DNA of 64,000 nt from the human T2T-CHM13v2.0 reference genome, Homo sapiens. The notes below the pieces were generated by a model, which worked only from the letters and a program-made list of their open reading frames with translations, was not told the origin of the DNA and did no database searches. The position numbers were made by a program, and so were the translations under genes. The DNA is taken from assembly GCF_009914755.1 (NCBI RefSeq), contig NC_060929.1, one strand, 5' to 3'. Shown here one piece after another: positions 1-18,684 of the stretch (the first letter of the stretch is position 1; each line of letters opens with the position of its first letter).

Positions 1-3203
<3,203 letters not shown>

Positions 3204-3715
3204 GAACACTGACAAATAACATTAAGGGAACATCACAGTAATAAAACATCTTTATATTATGTACCTTTGATATAATGTGATTTAAAATGACACTACCTCT
3301 GTCATATTCATCCCCAAAATCCACGACCATAGTCTTGTCATGAGAAAAACAACAGACAAAAGTCAGTTGAGAGACATTCTTCAAAACTTCTGACCAATAA
3401 TCCTCCAAACTGTCAAGGCGATCAAAAATGAAATTCTGAGACACTGTCAAAATCCAGAGGATCCTGCAGAAACATAGCTACTCGATAGGAACAGAAAAAG
3501 GACATTATAGAAAAACTAAGGACGTTTGAATAAAAAGTGGATTTAAGTGAATAATAGTGTATCAGTTTTGACAAACATATAATAATATAGTAACATAAAT
3601 GCTAATAAGGAAAACTGTGTTCAGGGTATCTAAGAAAACTTTTCTTGCAAAAATTTGATGCAAAAATTCTGTAAATCAAAAACTGCTCTAATTCAAAACT
3701 TGTTTTTTAAAGATT
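3204..3715 (+). mobile_element. Old L1M (L1MC/MD-like) 3' end fragment
   Basis: Motifs such as ctccaaactgtcaagg, ggaacagaaaaaggacatt and ctgtaaatcaaaaactgctcta resemble L1MC 3' ends. Confidence 0.6.
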
Positions 3716-3775
3716 AAAATTATAAAATTATTATTCTAATCTAGTTGAAACAGCTGTCTTACACCCTTCCTTCTG

Positions 3776-3817
3776 AAAATCCTGAATCTGGTCTCAAAAA
3801 AAAAAATCCTGAATCTG
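3776..3817 (+). mobile_element. Extremely 5'-truncated Alu-like insertion (GTCTC + A7) between 15-bp direct repeats
   Basis: aaaatcctgaatctg at 3776-3790 and 3803-3817 flank gtctc-A7; GTCTC(A)n is the Alu 3' terminus. Confidence 0.7.
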
Positions 3818-3925
3818 ATTATTTTACGTTAGCCCTAAACCAAGGAGTGACAATAAAACAATCAAATTTGTGCATTTGGGAAAAAAAAAGAGGTACTGCT
3901 TAATATATCAAAATTATCAAAAACA

Positions 3926-5386
<1,461 letters not shown>

Positions 5387-5499
5387 ATAATAATATGTAT
5401 GTCAATATACTACATATTATATACATAATAATACATATCATTGTATATTAATTGGTATACACTATTATGTAGTGTATATTGCTAATAATAAGAGTATAT

Positions 5500-6990
5500 G
5501 ATATTTCTGAAAGAAATGAAGGAAGGTCTAGATAAGAATAAGTGGAGGTATATACCATGTTCATGGATTAGAAGACTCAATATTACAAAAGTATCTTCTT
5601 AATTCCGCAAACCCAATCAAAACCCCAATAGGATTTTTATAAAATTTGACAAATTGACTTCAAAACTTATAAAGAAAATATTATTGAAGAAGGAGGAAAT
5701 AAGTGAAGGAATTAATTTCTCAGACACAGAAAATTAGTTTTAAAATTAATAATTAAAAGCATGTGATATTGGTGCAAGAATGAACAAATAGATGAATGAA
5801 CAGAATTGACAGGTTGATTTATTATTTAATTACAAAGACCATAATGTAGAACATTAAATGTTTTTCAAAATAAATGTTATTGAGTTAATCATTTACCCAA
5901 AGAGAGGAAAAATGAATCTTAACTCATACCTCACATCATACACAAAATTTAATGCCAAGAGGATTGTTGACTTATATGCAAAAAATAAAAGGAATAAAGT
6001 TTCTGAAATATAAGAGGGCAATATTGTCATAGTTTGTTGTAGAAAAATATTTCTCAAGTGGAGCATAAAAAGCATAAAAAGAAAAATTATAAATTGAGAT
6101 TGTATTGAAAATGAATTTCTGTTGTATATTAAAAACCTATTGAAATAATGAATGAGCAATCTACATATTTAGATAATATTTGTAATACAATTGCTTAAAA
6201 TGTAAATACAAAAACAATCTCTACAATTCAGCAAAATGTCAATCTAACCGAAAAATAAAAACCAGACTTAAAAAGGTATTCTACAATATAGCATATGCAT
6301 TGGTATATTCTAAAAGATATGCCAATGATCAGTAAGCATTTGAAAAGGTGCTCAAGTTCATTATTTATCAGGACAATGCAAATTAAAACAAAAGATACCA
6401 TTATACCCCCACAAGTTTTGCTAAAATTTGTAAGACATTTTCACATGTTGGCACAAATGAAATGCAACCAAATTTGCATTCTTCTCTACCACTGAAGGAG
6501 AGTAAATCGATAAAATTATTTTAGAAAACTGCCAATTCCTCATATTTATGAATGTACTCATATTACATTCTAAGAAATTATTACCCAAAGTGTGTGCTGA
6601 ACAGAAATGTATAACTATATGCCTAAAAAATATGTATAAGAATAATTATAGCAGCATTTTCTGTAATTTCCCCAACTTAACAAGTACAATGTCAATTTTA
6701 AAACTGTGTGATATTTATATGATAGAATATTGTATGAGCTGCAACTATATGAAATCACTGGATAAATATGACAACTATATTGTGAAGAAATAAGACAAAA
6801 GAATGTCAGGTTTTAATTCTTGAATATTCAAAACTTTGCAAAACTAACTCAGAGTGTTCAAAGATGAGATAGGTGTTATCTTTGCAGTAACTTGACATGG
6901 ATGGTGATTACATGAGTATATTTATTTTGTATACTTTCTAGTATACATGCTATTCCTTAATAATAAAAATATTAAATTTAAAATAACATT
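5500..6990 (+). mobile_element. Highly decayed old L1 (L1ME-like) ORF2 3' region and 3' end
   Basis: ataccatgttcatggattagaagactcaatatt and atgcaaattaaaacaa (MQIKT) resemble L1 ORF2. Confidence 0.65.
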
Positions 6991-6999
6991 TCTAACTAT

Positions 7000-7440
7000 A
7001 TGCTGTTTTTCCCAGAGAATGAAAACATCAGAAAAATGTATATATGAATGTTCATAGCAGCTTTATTTATTATAGCTAAAACTAAAAACAACCTAGATGT
7101 TCCATAATGAGGGGATATTAAACGAAGTGTTGTACATTTATACCATGAACTGCTATTTAGCAATAAAATTGAATAATTCCTGATATACACAACAACTTGG
7201 ATAAATGTCAAGGCAATTATACTAAGTAAGAAAAGCCAATCCCAAAAGGTTACGTACTGTATGAGTCCATTTATATAAGATTCTTGAAATGACAGAAAAC
7301 AAAGAGATGAAGAAAAGATTAGTGATTGCAATTGCTATTGACTGGGGTGAGGATCAGGCTGTCAGAGGGAGGGGTGTGTGGTTTTAGAAGGTCAATGTGA
7401 AAAATCTTTTGTGTGGTGACGCAACTGTTCCATATCAGAT
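7000..7440 (+). mobile_element. Old L1M 3' fragment
   Basis: atgttcatagcagctttattt...aagaaaagccaatcccaaaaggttacgtactgtatga. Confidence 0.65.
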
Positions 7441-7441
7441 G

Positions 7442-7797
7442 TGATATGGTTTGGCTATGCCTCCACCCAAATTTCAACTTGAATTGTATATCCCAGAATT
7501 CCCAAGTATAATACCCAGTGGGAGGTAATGGAATCATGGGAGGCCGGTCTTTCCCATGCTACTCTCATGATAGTGAATAAGTCTTACGTGATCTGATGGG
7601 TTTATCAAGGGTTTCTGCTTTTGCTTCCTCCTTATTCTCTCTTGCTGCCATCATGTAAGAAGGGCCTTTCTCCCTCTGCCATGATTGTGAGATCTTCCCT
7701 AAACATGTGGAACTGTAAGTCTAGTTAAACTTCTTCTTTTGTAAATTTCCCAGTCTTGGGTGTGTCTTTATCAGCAGTGTGAACATGGACTAATACA
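7442..7797 (+). mobile_element. THE1 (ERVL-MaLR) 5' LTR
   Basis: tgatatggtttggct ... ggactaataca termini. Confidence 0.9.
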
Positions 7798-9200
7798 ATA
7801 AATTGATACCAGTTAGAGTAGGGTGTTGCTGAAAAGATATCCAAAAATGTGGAAGTGACTTTGGAACTGGGTAACAGGCAGAGGTTGGAACAGTATGGAG
7901 GGCTCAGAAGAAGACAGGAAAATGTGGAAAAGTTTGGAACCTCCTAGAGATTTGTTGAATGGCTTTGACAAAAATGCTAATAGTGATATGTACAATAAGA
8001 TCCAGGCTGACATGGTCTCAGATGGAGATGAGAAACTTGCTGGGAACTGGGTCAAGGGTGACTCTTGCTATGTTTTAGCAAAGAGACTGGCAGCATTTTG
8101 CCCCTGCCCTAGGGATTTGTGGAACTTTGAACTTGAGAGAGATGAAGTAGGGTATCTGGTGGAAGAAATTTCTAAGCAGCAAAGCATTCAAGAGGTGAAA
8201 AGCATTCCATTTTAAAAGGGAAACAGAATATAAAACTTTGGCAAATTTACAGCCTGATGATGGAGGAGAGAAGAAAAACCCATTCTTTGAGGAAAAATTC
8301 AAGCTGGCTGCAGAAATTTGCATAAGTAGCAAGAAGCCCAAAGTTTATCACCAAGACCATGGGGAAAATGTCTACAGACCATGTCAGAGACCTTCATGGC
8401 AGCCACTCCCATTACAGGCCCAGAGGAAAAAGTGGTTTCATGGGCCGGACCCAGTGTCCTGTGCTGTGTGCAGCCTAGGGACTTGGTGCTCAGTGTCCTA
8501 GCCACTCCAGCCATGGCTGTAAGAGGCCAACATACAGCTCAGACTGTGGCTTCAGAGAGTAGAAACCCCAAGCCTTGGCAGCTTCCCTATGGTGTTGAGC
8601 CTATGGATGCACACAAGTCAAGAATTGAGATTTAGGAAACTTCGCCTAGATATCAAAATATGTATGGAAATGCCTGGATGTCCAGGCAGAAGTTTGCTTC
8701 AGGGAGGGGGCACTCATAAAGAACCTCTGCTAGGGCAGTGCAGAAGGGAAATGTAGAGCTGGAGCCCCCATACAGAGTCCCTACTGGGGAACCACCTAGT
8801 GGAGCTGTGATTAGGGAGCCACAATCCTCCAACCCCAATGGCAGATCTACCAACAGCTTGCCTCGTTCACCTGGAAAAGCCACAGACACTCAATGCCAGA
8901 CCATGGAAGCAGCTGGGTGGGGAGGTTGTACCCTGCAAAGCCACAGGGGTGGAGCTGCCCAATAGCATGGGAATCCACCTCTTGCATCAGCATGACCTGA
9001 ATCTGAGACCTGGAGTCAAAGTAGTTCATTTTGGAGGTGTAAAATTTGACTCCCCCACTGGATTTCAGACTTGGATGGGGCTGTAGCCCCTTTGTTTTGG
9101 CTAACTTCTCCCATTTGAAATGGCCGTATTTACCCAATGCCTGTACCCCCACTGTATCTAGGAAGTAACTAACTTGCTTTTGATTTTACAGGCTCATAGG
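7798..9200 (+). mobile_element. THE1 internal region, truncated with no 3' LTR
   Basis: Follows the LTR directly. MaLR-int ORF remnants (MEGSEEDRKMWKSLE, LAAFCPCPRDLWNFELE). Ends abruptly at gattttacaggctcatagg. Confidence 0.85.
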
Positions 9201-9214
9201 TCATTATTTTCCAG

Positions 9215-9610
9215 GTTGGATAAAGAAAACGTGGTGTGTGTTTGTGTGTGTGTATGTTTCTGTGGGTGTGTAGAGAAGTGTGTGTGTGGCGAGAGAGTAT
9301 GTGTGTTCGTGTCTGTGTGTGTATACATGCACACTATGGTTACCACTTAGCCATAAAAAAAGAATAAAATCACATCTTTTGCAGCAATGTGGATAGAATT
9401 AGAGGCCATTATCTTAAGTGAAATAACTCAGAATGTCAAAATATCACATTTTCACTCATAAGTGAGAGCTAAACAACGTGCACACATGGACATAAATGGT
9501 GGAGAAATAGACAGTGAAGAAGCAGAAATGTAGGTGGGTGGGAGATGAGGAATTACTTAATGGGTACAATGTACGCTATTTGGAAGATGGCTACACTAAA
9601 AGCCCTGAGT
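9215..9610 (+). mobile_element. L1MA/L1PB-like 3' fragment with internal (TG)n tract
   Basis: ggataaagaaaacgtggt...ttagccataaaaaaagaataaaatc...ctcactcataagtgagagctaa; (TG)n-rich 9233-9322. Confidence 0.7.
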
Positions 9611-9634
9611 AGAATTAGGATATAATAAATAAAA

Positions 9635-10150
9635 ACATAAAACATTGATGAATCATAAAACTCAATATTGTAAAGATATCATTTTTTTCTTAATTGATTT
9701 ATAGATTTAATGTTATTCCAATCAAAACCTAAGCAGGTCTTTTTACGTACATGCTGATTCTAAAATGTCTATGAAAAGGCATAAAAGCAGATATGCCTCA
9801 GACAATGTTAAATAAGAACAGTAAATTTGTAGGACTACAGCAATTAAGAGTATGTGGTACTGGTATAAATAGCACAATAGAACAGAATATGCTGTGAGAA
9901 CCATACATCAAACCTGATTTATGACAAAGTTGGCATACAGTAGAAAACAGATATCTTTCAAATCAGTTTTGTATGATTTATTGTCTATCCATTTAAATAT
10001 GAATTTATTGCTATCTCAAAACACACACACAGGAATCAGTGTTCTATATTTTAATCTTGATGGTGATTACATGGGTATGTTAACTTTGGGGAAAAGTCAT
10101 ACTTCACAGTCATTATTTGTGCACTTTTCTTCATGTCTATTATATGTCAG
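9635..10150 (+). mobile_element. Decayed L1M fragments
   Basis: ctcaatattgtaaagatatc...gatttatagatttaatgttattccaatcaaaa resembles L1 ORF2. Confidence 0.5.
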
Positions 10151-10360
10151 ATTATGTTAGGTAAATATGTAAAATTTTACATATTTATGTAGTAAATAGT
10201 ATGTATTTATGTAGTAAATATTTAGTATTAAACATTAGAATACAGTAAGAAGTGTACTCTAAAAAATACCCTTGTAGATTTATTTTATACATTGATGGCA
10301 CTAATATCCTATCTATAATATATTCATTCCTTTTCTTCTGAAATTTTATACAACCCACCT

Positions 10361-10756
10361 ACATTAGTCTGCTGGGGCTACCATAAGAAATACTACATAT
10401 TGGGTGGCTTAAGCAACAGGAATTAATTTTTCACAGTTCTGGAGGCTGGAAGTTCAAGACCAAGGAGTCACCAAGTTTAACTTCTTTTGAGGTCTCTCTC
10501 ATTGGCTTGCAAATGACTATCTCACTACTGTGTTCTCACCAGGCCTCTTCTCTGTCACTTACATCCCTGGTGTCTCTCTTTCTTCTGGTGAGGACACCAG
10601 TACTATTGAATTAGAGCTCCATCCTTATGACCTTATTTAACCTAAATTATCTTTTAAAAGGCTCTACCACCAAATATAGTCATATTGGTGATCAGGGCTT
10701 CTACATATGAATTTTAGTTTGGGAAGATGGAGGGGGCGGGCATAGTTCAGTCCTTA
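10361..10756 (-). mobile_element. MLT1 (ERVL-MaLR) solo LTR
   Basis: ttagtctgctggggctaccataagaaatac...cacagttctggaggctggaagttcaagaccaagg, typical reverse-strand MLT1. Confidence 0.8.
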
Positions 10757-12194
10757 GCTGGACCAATTCTGATTTTAGGACCAGCCATGTGACTTGCTTT
10801 ACCAAATTGGATATAAGAAAACAATGCAGAGCCATGAGGCTTGATTCATCTATAAACATACAACAGTGAGGAAATAGCAAGCCATTAATCTATCTAAGAA
10901 TATAATGAGAAGTTTCAGTAATACAAGCAGCAAAAAATAAGTCACATAATATGGCCCTATAGACTGAAAAAAAAATAAGATATAAAGAGAAAGAACATAG
11001 AATGACTCAAATATCCTCACACCCTCCTTTGGCTTTTACCAAGATTAGGGTCACAGGTAGTATATTGGATAGCTTGAAAGGAATGTCAAGGACATTGGGG
11101 TTAGGGAATCTTATTATCTGGAGAGAAATCACTTTGTAGGCCGACCCACACCATCTTGCAGACAGTCATGTTAAGATAAGGTAAGCCACATCAAGTCAAT
11201 GAAGATGGATTAAGTATACACCACATGCTTAGATCTGCACTAGACATTTTTAAGAGCATATGGAAGATAACGTTTTCTCCCTGCTTTCAATGAATGCACC
11301 ATCATTTTGGAAGAAAGAAGACTACACTCATCGGACAACAGTACTACAATAGTGGACACAGATGGTCAGATTTAAGAGTCATCTAATTAATCATAGAGAA
11401 ACTAATGTTTTTGCTGCAAAGTGTTGTGATGAAAACTTTGTTTAAGATTAAGCTTGATATTCAAAAAGAATTCCTTGCCAAAAATCTCATTGCAATATGT
11501 TTTAAAGTATATTTGTACATAAATATTTCATGTCATTTTAGATCAATGAAGCCAAATGCCACCAAGATTTCCAGCCTCCCTTCTATTAAACAACATGTTT
11601 ATATTTATGGAAACTGAGTTCACATTAACCACCAAATAAGTATGTGTCTACTAGTTTCTTAAGAAAACTATTCACAAATAGAAATGAGGCCAATTACGTG
11701 ATGTACTTGGGTGTTTTTTTTTTATTTTATCATTGATTTGAGAGGAATAACTGGTTTAGATGTTATCATGTTTCTCCATGGCCTTAGTCAAAGAATTCAG
11801 ATATGCAGACCAATTCTGGCTCTTTATGCATGGTTTTAAAACAGAGTGTAAAATGTACTTGGTGCTTTGCTCTTCATGGCTAAGAGATGTATGGAGTGTG
11901 CCGAAGGGGGTCAGTTCAGGGCACATTTCACTACACATTATAAAACACTTATGAGATAATAACAATTTTCAATTATATCCAGTGAGGCAGCAACACTCAA
12001 AAGAGATTTTAGCAAAATATCCTTCCTAGACTTCCAAATAAGCAGTGCTTTTTCATCTAGAGGCATGTTTTTCAAAGTGTAGTTGCAATTTTCCATGGAC
12101 ACGTAAGTTTTTCTTAAAGCATAGAGCTCTGAAGCAGGACTGTATATTCAATTTGTTGATAATTCATGTTCTTTCTTTCCCCGTCATTTTATTC

Positions 12195-12533
<339 letters not shown>

Positions 12534-13041
12534 TCATCCTCCATCCTCCACCATTGTTTTGCTTTCTCTAGTTTCACCATCTCTCTCCTTCATTTACTGG
12601 TGTTGCTTTACTGTCTTTTCTCTCTCCTCCCCTTCTCCTTGTCCTTTTCTCTTCTTCCTGTTCTTCTTCATACACAGCCACAAGAACTTTTGTCTTCTGC
12701 TGTCTCTAGAGCCCGATGTTAGGAAGTGTGTTCCCCCCATACAGTGTGCTCTGAGAGACAAATGGAAGTTATTCATGAGCAAATAATGACACCCCTGCAG
12801 TGGCAGCAGTTCTTATTTTCCAGATGATCTGTGGGCAGGTGATCAAGGCTGAGCCAATAATAGCACCCTATTCATAGTTGCTAAGTTTGGGGCAACGGAC
12901 ATGAACCAGGCTAAATAGAATCTTACCCTGGTGAATTTTCTGTTGCTGCTGATAAAAAAGAACTTCCCTCTGGATAGAAACTAAAAGAACATGACTTCAG
13001 GGATGCTCAGGGCTAGGCTCTTTATCAGGAAAGAAGTCTGA

Positions 13042-13521
<480 letters not shown>

Positions 13522-13867
13522 TTATTTTGCTATGTTTATTAGAATTCACACTGTTTCAGTTATTTGCAATTGAATAAGTTCTAATTAATGTAACTATTTT
13601 ATACAGTCCTATTCCTTGCCAAGACTTTCTGATACTACAAATTCCACTTTTAAGTTGTAAGGAAATTATAAGGAAATGTTCACAAACATTCCGGTAGAGA
13701 TGTAATAAGACACTACATCTATGGAGAATGATTTGTTGATATTGACCAGAATATAAAATGAACCAAATCATTGACCTCACAATCCCACTTCTAATAATTC
13801 AATCTAAAAATATACCCACTCTGTGATAGAATTTATATATGTGAGTATGTATACTTCAGTATTTCTT

Positions 13868-16062
13868 TTTTTTCTTTGTCTTTTTTTATTATACTTTAAG
13901 CTCTGGGGTGCATGTGAAGAAGGTGCAGTTTAGTTACATAGGTATACACATGCTCTGGTGGTTTGCTGCACCCATCAATCCAGGTTGAAAATTCTTTTCT
14001 TTAAGAATGTTGAATATTGGCCCCCACTCTCTTCTGGCTTGTAGGGTTTCTGCTGAGAGATCTGCTGCTAGTCTGATGGGCTTCCCTTTGTGAGTAACCC
14101 GACCTTTCTCTGTGGCTGCTCTTAATATTTTTTCCTTCATTTCAACCTTGGTGAATCTGACAATTATGTGTCTAGGGGTTATTCTTCTCGAGGAGTATCT
14201 TTGTGGCGTTCCCTATATTTCCTGAATTTGAATGTTGGCCTGTCTTGCTAGATTGGGGAAGTTCTCCTGGATAATATCCTGAAGAGTGTTTTCCTACTTG
14301 ATGTCATACTCCTCATCACTTTCAGGTACACCAATCAAACGCAGATTTCATCTTTTCAAATAAGTCCACGTTTCATGGAGGCTTTGTTTGTTCCTTTTTA
14401 TTCTTTTTTCTCTAATCTTGTCTTCTCTTCTTCTCTCTTTATTTCATTAAGTTGATCTTCAACCACTGATATCCTTTCTCCCGCTCTATCGATTTGGCTA
14501 TTGATATTGTGTATGCTTCACGAAGTTCTTGTGCTGTGTTTTTCTGCTCCATCCAGTCATTTATGTTCTTCTCTACACTGGTTATTCTAGTTAGCCATTC
14601 GTCTAACCTTTTTTCAAGGTTCTTAGCTTCCTTTCGATGGGTTAGAACATGCTCCTTTAGCTCAGAGGAGTTTGTTATTACCCACCTTATGAAGCCTACT
14701 TCTGTCAATTTGTCAAACTCATTCTCCATTCAGTTTTGTTCCCTTGCTGGTAAGGAGTTGTGATCCTTTGGAGGGGAAGAGGCTTTCTGGTTTTTGGAAT
14801 TTTCAGCCTTTTTACTCTGGTTTATCCCCATCTTTGTGATTTATCTACCTTTGTTCTTTGATGTTGGTGACCTTTGGATGGGGTCTTTGAGTGGATGTGC
14901 TATTCCTTCTAACAGTCAGGCCCCTCTGCTGTTGGTCTGCTGGAGTTTGTTGTAGGTCCACTCCCGACCCTGTTTGCCTGGGTATCACTAGCAGAGGCTG
15001 CAGAACAGCAAAGATTGCTCCCTGTTCTTTCCTCTGGAAGCTTCGTCCCAGAGGGGCACCTGCCAGATGCCAGCCAGAACCTTCCTGTGTGAGATATCTG
15101 TCAGCCCCTACAGGGAGGTGTCTCCCAGTCAGGATACACAGGGGCCAGGGACCCACTTGAGGAGACAGTCTGACCCTTAGCAGAGCTCAAACACTGTGCT
15201 TGGAGGTCCACTTTTCTCTACAGCCATCAGGCAGGGACGTTTAAGTCAGCTATAAGTCCCTGACTGGGGCTGCTGCCTTTTTTTTCAGAGATGCCCTGGC
15301 CAGAGAGGAAAAATCTGGCAGTCTGGCCACAGCAACCTTGCTGAGCTGCAGTGGGCTCTGCCCAGTTCGAACCTCCCAGAGGCTTTGTTTACACTGTGAG
15401 CATAAAACTGCCTACTCTAGCCTCAGCTATTGTGGACACCCCTCCCTCAATCAAGCTCTTGTCCCAGGTCGATCTCAGATTGCCTCTGTGCTGTCAGTGA
15501 GAATTTCAAGCCAGTGGATTTTAGTTTCCTTGGCTTCATGGGAATGGGACCTGCCAAGCCAGATGACTTGGCTCCCTGGCTTCAGCACCCCTTTCCAGGG
15601 GAGTGAGCGGTCTGTGTTGCTGGCCTTCCAGGGGCCACTGGGGTATGGAAAAAAAAAGAATGCCTGCAGCTAGTTCAGTGTCTGCCCAAATGGCTACCCA
15701 GTTTTGTGCTTGAAACCCAGGGCCATGGTAGAGTAGGCACCAGAGGGAATCTCCTGGTTTGCAGGTTGCAAAGACCATGGAACCAGAGCAGTATCTGTGC
15801 TGGAGCTCCTTAGGCTCAGTCCCTCATGGCTTCCCTTGGGTAGGGGAGAAAATTCCCCAACCCCTTGCACTTCCTGGGTGAGGCGATGCCCCACCCTGCT
15901 TCAGCTCACCCTCCGTGGGCTGCACCCACTGTCCAGCCAGTCCCAATGAGATGAACTGGGTACCTCAGTTGGAAATGCAGAAATCACCCACTTTCCGCAT
16001 CGATCTCCCTGGGAGCTGCAGACTAGAGCTGCTCCTATTCAGCCATCTGGCCAGCAAGTCCC
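13868..16062 (-). mobile_element. L1PA7/8-like element with full 5'UTR, partial ORF1 and only the last ~110 nt of the 3'UTR (large internal deletion)
   Basis: 5' end at ~16062. ORF1 remnants 14439-14729 and 13934-14140. ORF1-to-3'UTR junction at ~13981. Approximate TSD cagta(t/c)ttctt at 13857-13867 and 16063-16073. Confidence 0.88.
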
Positions 16063-16876
16063 CAGTACTTCTTAAGTAGCAAAATATTAAAAATAGCTTA
16101 ACCAAACTGAAATAGTGGTGAAGAGTAAATTGTTAAACTATAGTATGTCATCAGTGAAAATATAACGCAATATTTAAAAAATGAAACAAACATATGAAGT
16201 TATGTGGAATGATATCAATATAATAAGAATAAATCTAAGTGAGGTGGCAAATGATCTGTTCATTAAAAACCATAAAACATTAATGAAAGAAATTTTAAAA
16301 GACATAAATAAATGGAGAGATAGCTCATGTTAATTGATTGGAAGAATCAGTATTGTGAAAATGTCTATATTACTCAAAGTGATCTACAGATTTAATGCAA
16401 CACCTATCAAAATCCCAATGGCAATTTTAATAGAAATAAAATAAAAATTTAAAATTCATATCAAACTATAGAAGACCCTGAATAGTTAAATCAATCTTGA
16501 ATAAGAAGAAAAGAGCAAGAAGTATTATACTACCTGATTTGAAAATGTATTACAAAACTACAGTAATAAAAACAGTATAGTACTTATTTAAGAATAAACA
16601 TATTGAAAAATGAACAAGAGTAGAAAGCCCAGAAATAAACCTACACATATAAGGCCCAATATCTTTAAAATAACACCAAGAATACAAAAGAAAAAAGGAT
16701 ACTGTCTTCAATAAATGATGTTTGCAAAATTAGATATCCACATGCAAAGGAATGAAATTGAACTTTTATATCACACTATACACAAAAATCAACTCAATGT
16801 GGATTAAAGACTTAAATGTTTTACCTGAAATCCAAGAAGAAAACAAAGGACAATGCTTCTTTGACATTGTTCTTGG

Positions 16877-17368
16877 TGTTATAAATAAAGTTTCAGTGCT
16901 GTAAAAGAAATGGCACTCAAATATAAAATGTTATTTTTAATTCTCAGCAAGGCAATGTACTTCTATAGAAGGGTGCGCCCTTACAGACAGAGCAGTGGTG
17001 AGCACACACCTGGACAAGAGGGGGGAAGGGGTTCCTATTCCTGATGCTCATGGCCCCTGCTGCTGTGTCATTCCCCTATTGGCTAGGGTTAGACCTTACA
17101 GGCTGAACTAATTCCGATTGGCTAATTTAAAGAGAGTGACGAGGTGAGCGGTTTGGCAGGAAAAATGGTTATGGCAGAGCAGGAAATTGGAATGTGTCAG
17201 GGTGGAGAATGAGTCATGGTGGAGCAGATAATTGGAATGAGTTAGGGCGGAGCAGGTAATCAAAAAAGATTGCTTTACAAGGAAGTTAGGATTAAAAGTA
17301 GAAGGCAAAGAATTGAACATACTGACATATTGATTCATTGAAGAGAAATTTAGAACTTATATCTAACA
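16877..17368 (-). mobile_element. LTR10 (LTR10A/F-like, ERV1) solo LTR with 4-bp TSD ttgg
   Basis: Minus strand begins tgttagatataagttctaaatttctcttc. Internal ctccaccctgactcattc-type repeats. TG..CA termini. ttgg at 16873-16876 and 17369-17372. Confidence 0.82.
17210..17216. promoter_or_regulatory. AP-1 consensus motif TGAGTCA within the LTR10 repeat region
   Basis: Exact motif; neighbouring repeat units have degenerate TGTGTCA and TGAGTTA. Function untested. Confidence 0.45.
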
Positions 17369-17920
17369 TTGGAAATAGTTGTTTGGGTATGACACCAAAA
17401 GCACAGTCATCCAAGGAAAAAATAGACAAATGAGATTGCATCAAACTAAAAAGTTTCTCTACAGCAAAGGAAACAGTCAAAAAAAAAAAAAAAAAGAAAG
17501 AAAGGCAACCTAAAGAATGGAAGAAAATATTTGCAAGCCATACATCTGATAAAGGGTTAACATACAAAACATATAAGGAACACATACAACTCAATAGCAA
17601 AAAATAACAATAACCTGATTTTAAAATATGCAAAGGAACTATGAAAACACAGACATTTCTCTAAAGAAGACAGACAAAAGAATGGCCAACAGGAATATGA
17701 AAAGGCTTTCAACAGCACTGTGAAACGTGTTGTGGAAATGTACATCAAATCTTCAATGAGGTATCACCTCATACCTGCTAGAATGGATATTATCTCTGGG
17801 ATTTTCCTTCAAGGGGCTGACACTCATTCTGCAGATTTTAATACTAGTGTTCTCTTGGTCTCCCAGAATGTATCAACAAATTTCTTTTCCAAATAATCAA
17901 AATCATTCATATTCCTGTAA

Positions 17921-18248
<328 letters not shown>

Positions 18249-18684
18249 TAAAACTGGTTTGTCCGTTAAAATATATTTCAGTTAAGTTGTCCAGTTATGC
18301 CACATAAAAACAAAATCAAGCAAAAATGGCAAGCATAATCGTTATAGCCAGGAAAAAAATCTCCCTGATTTCAGAAATGTTAAATGTCTGGGAGTATGTA
18401 TGTATGTGTAACTATTTATGTACACGTTTGATTACATATACAGAATATTCCTGGAGATATGGGAGAGAGTGGTAATAAGGGTTTTCCCTAAGGAAAGAGC
18501 CAGATGTTTTGGAGACAGAAAAGTGGAAGGGAGTATTATTTTTTTACCTTATAGCCTATATATCCATTGAATTTTATTCTGTGAACAAATATTACCTTTT
18601 CAAACATAACTTTTCAATATTAATTAAAATTGTACTCCTAATGATTTATTCTCTTGTGTTAAGGCAATGTTTTTTAAGGGATAC

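Larger units (their letters stand above)
16235..17792 (+). mobile_element. Old L1MA/MB-like ORF2 fragment interrupted by LTR10
   Basis: gatctacagatttaatgcaacacctatcaaaatccc; gattgcatcaaactaaaaag; L1 sequence resumes at 17369. Confidence 0.75.

Noticed and set aside
7895-9086. Cluster of overlapping ORFs
   Set aside because: Frameshifted remnants of the THE1 internal ORF
13975-13990. Spliced L1 (SpIRE) explanation for the L1 internal deletions here and at 25373 and 30520
   Set aside because: The deleted segments do not begin with GT and end with AG in the sense orientation
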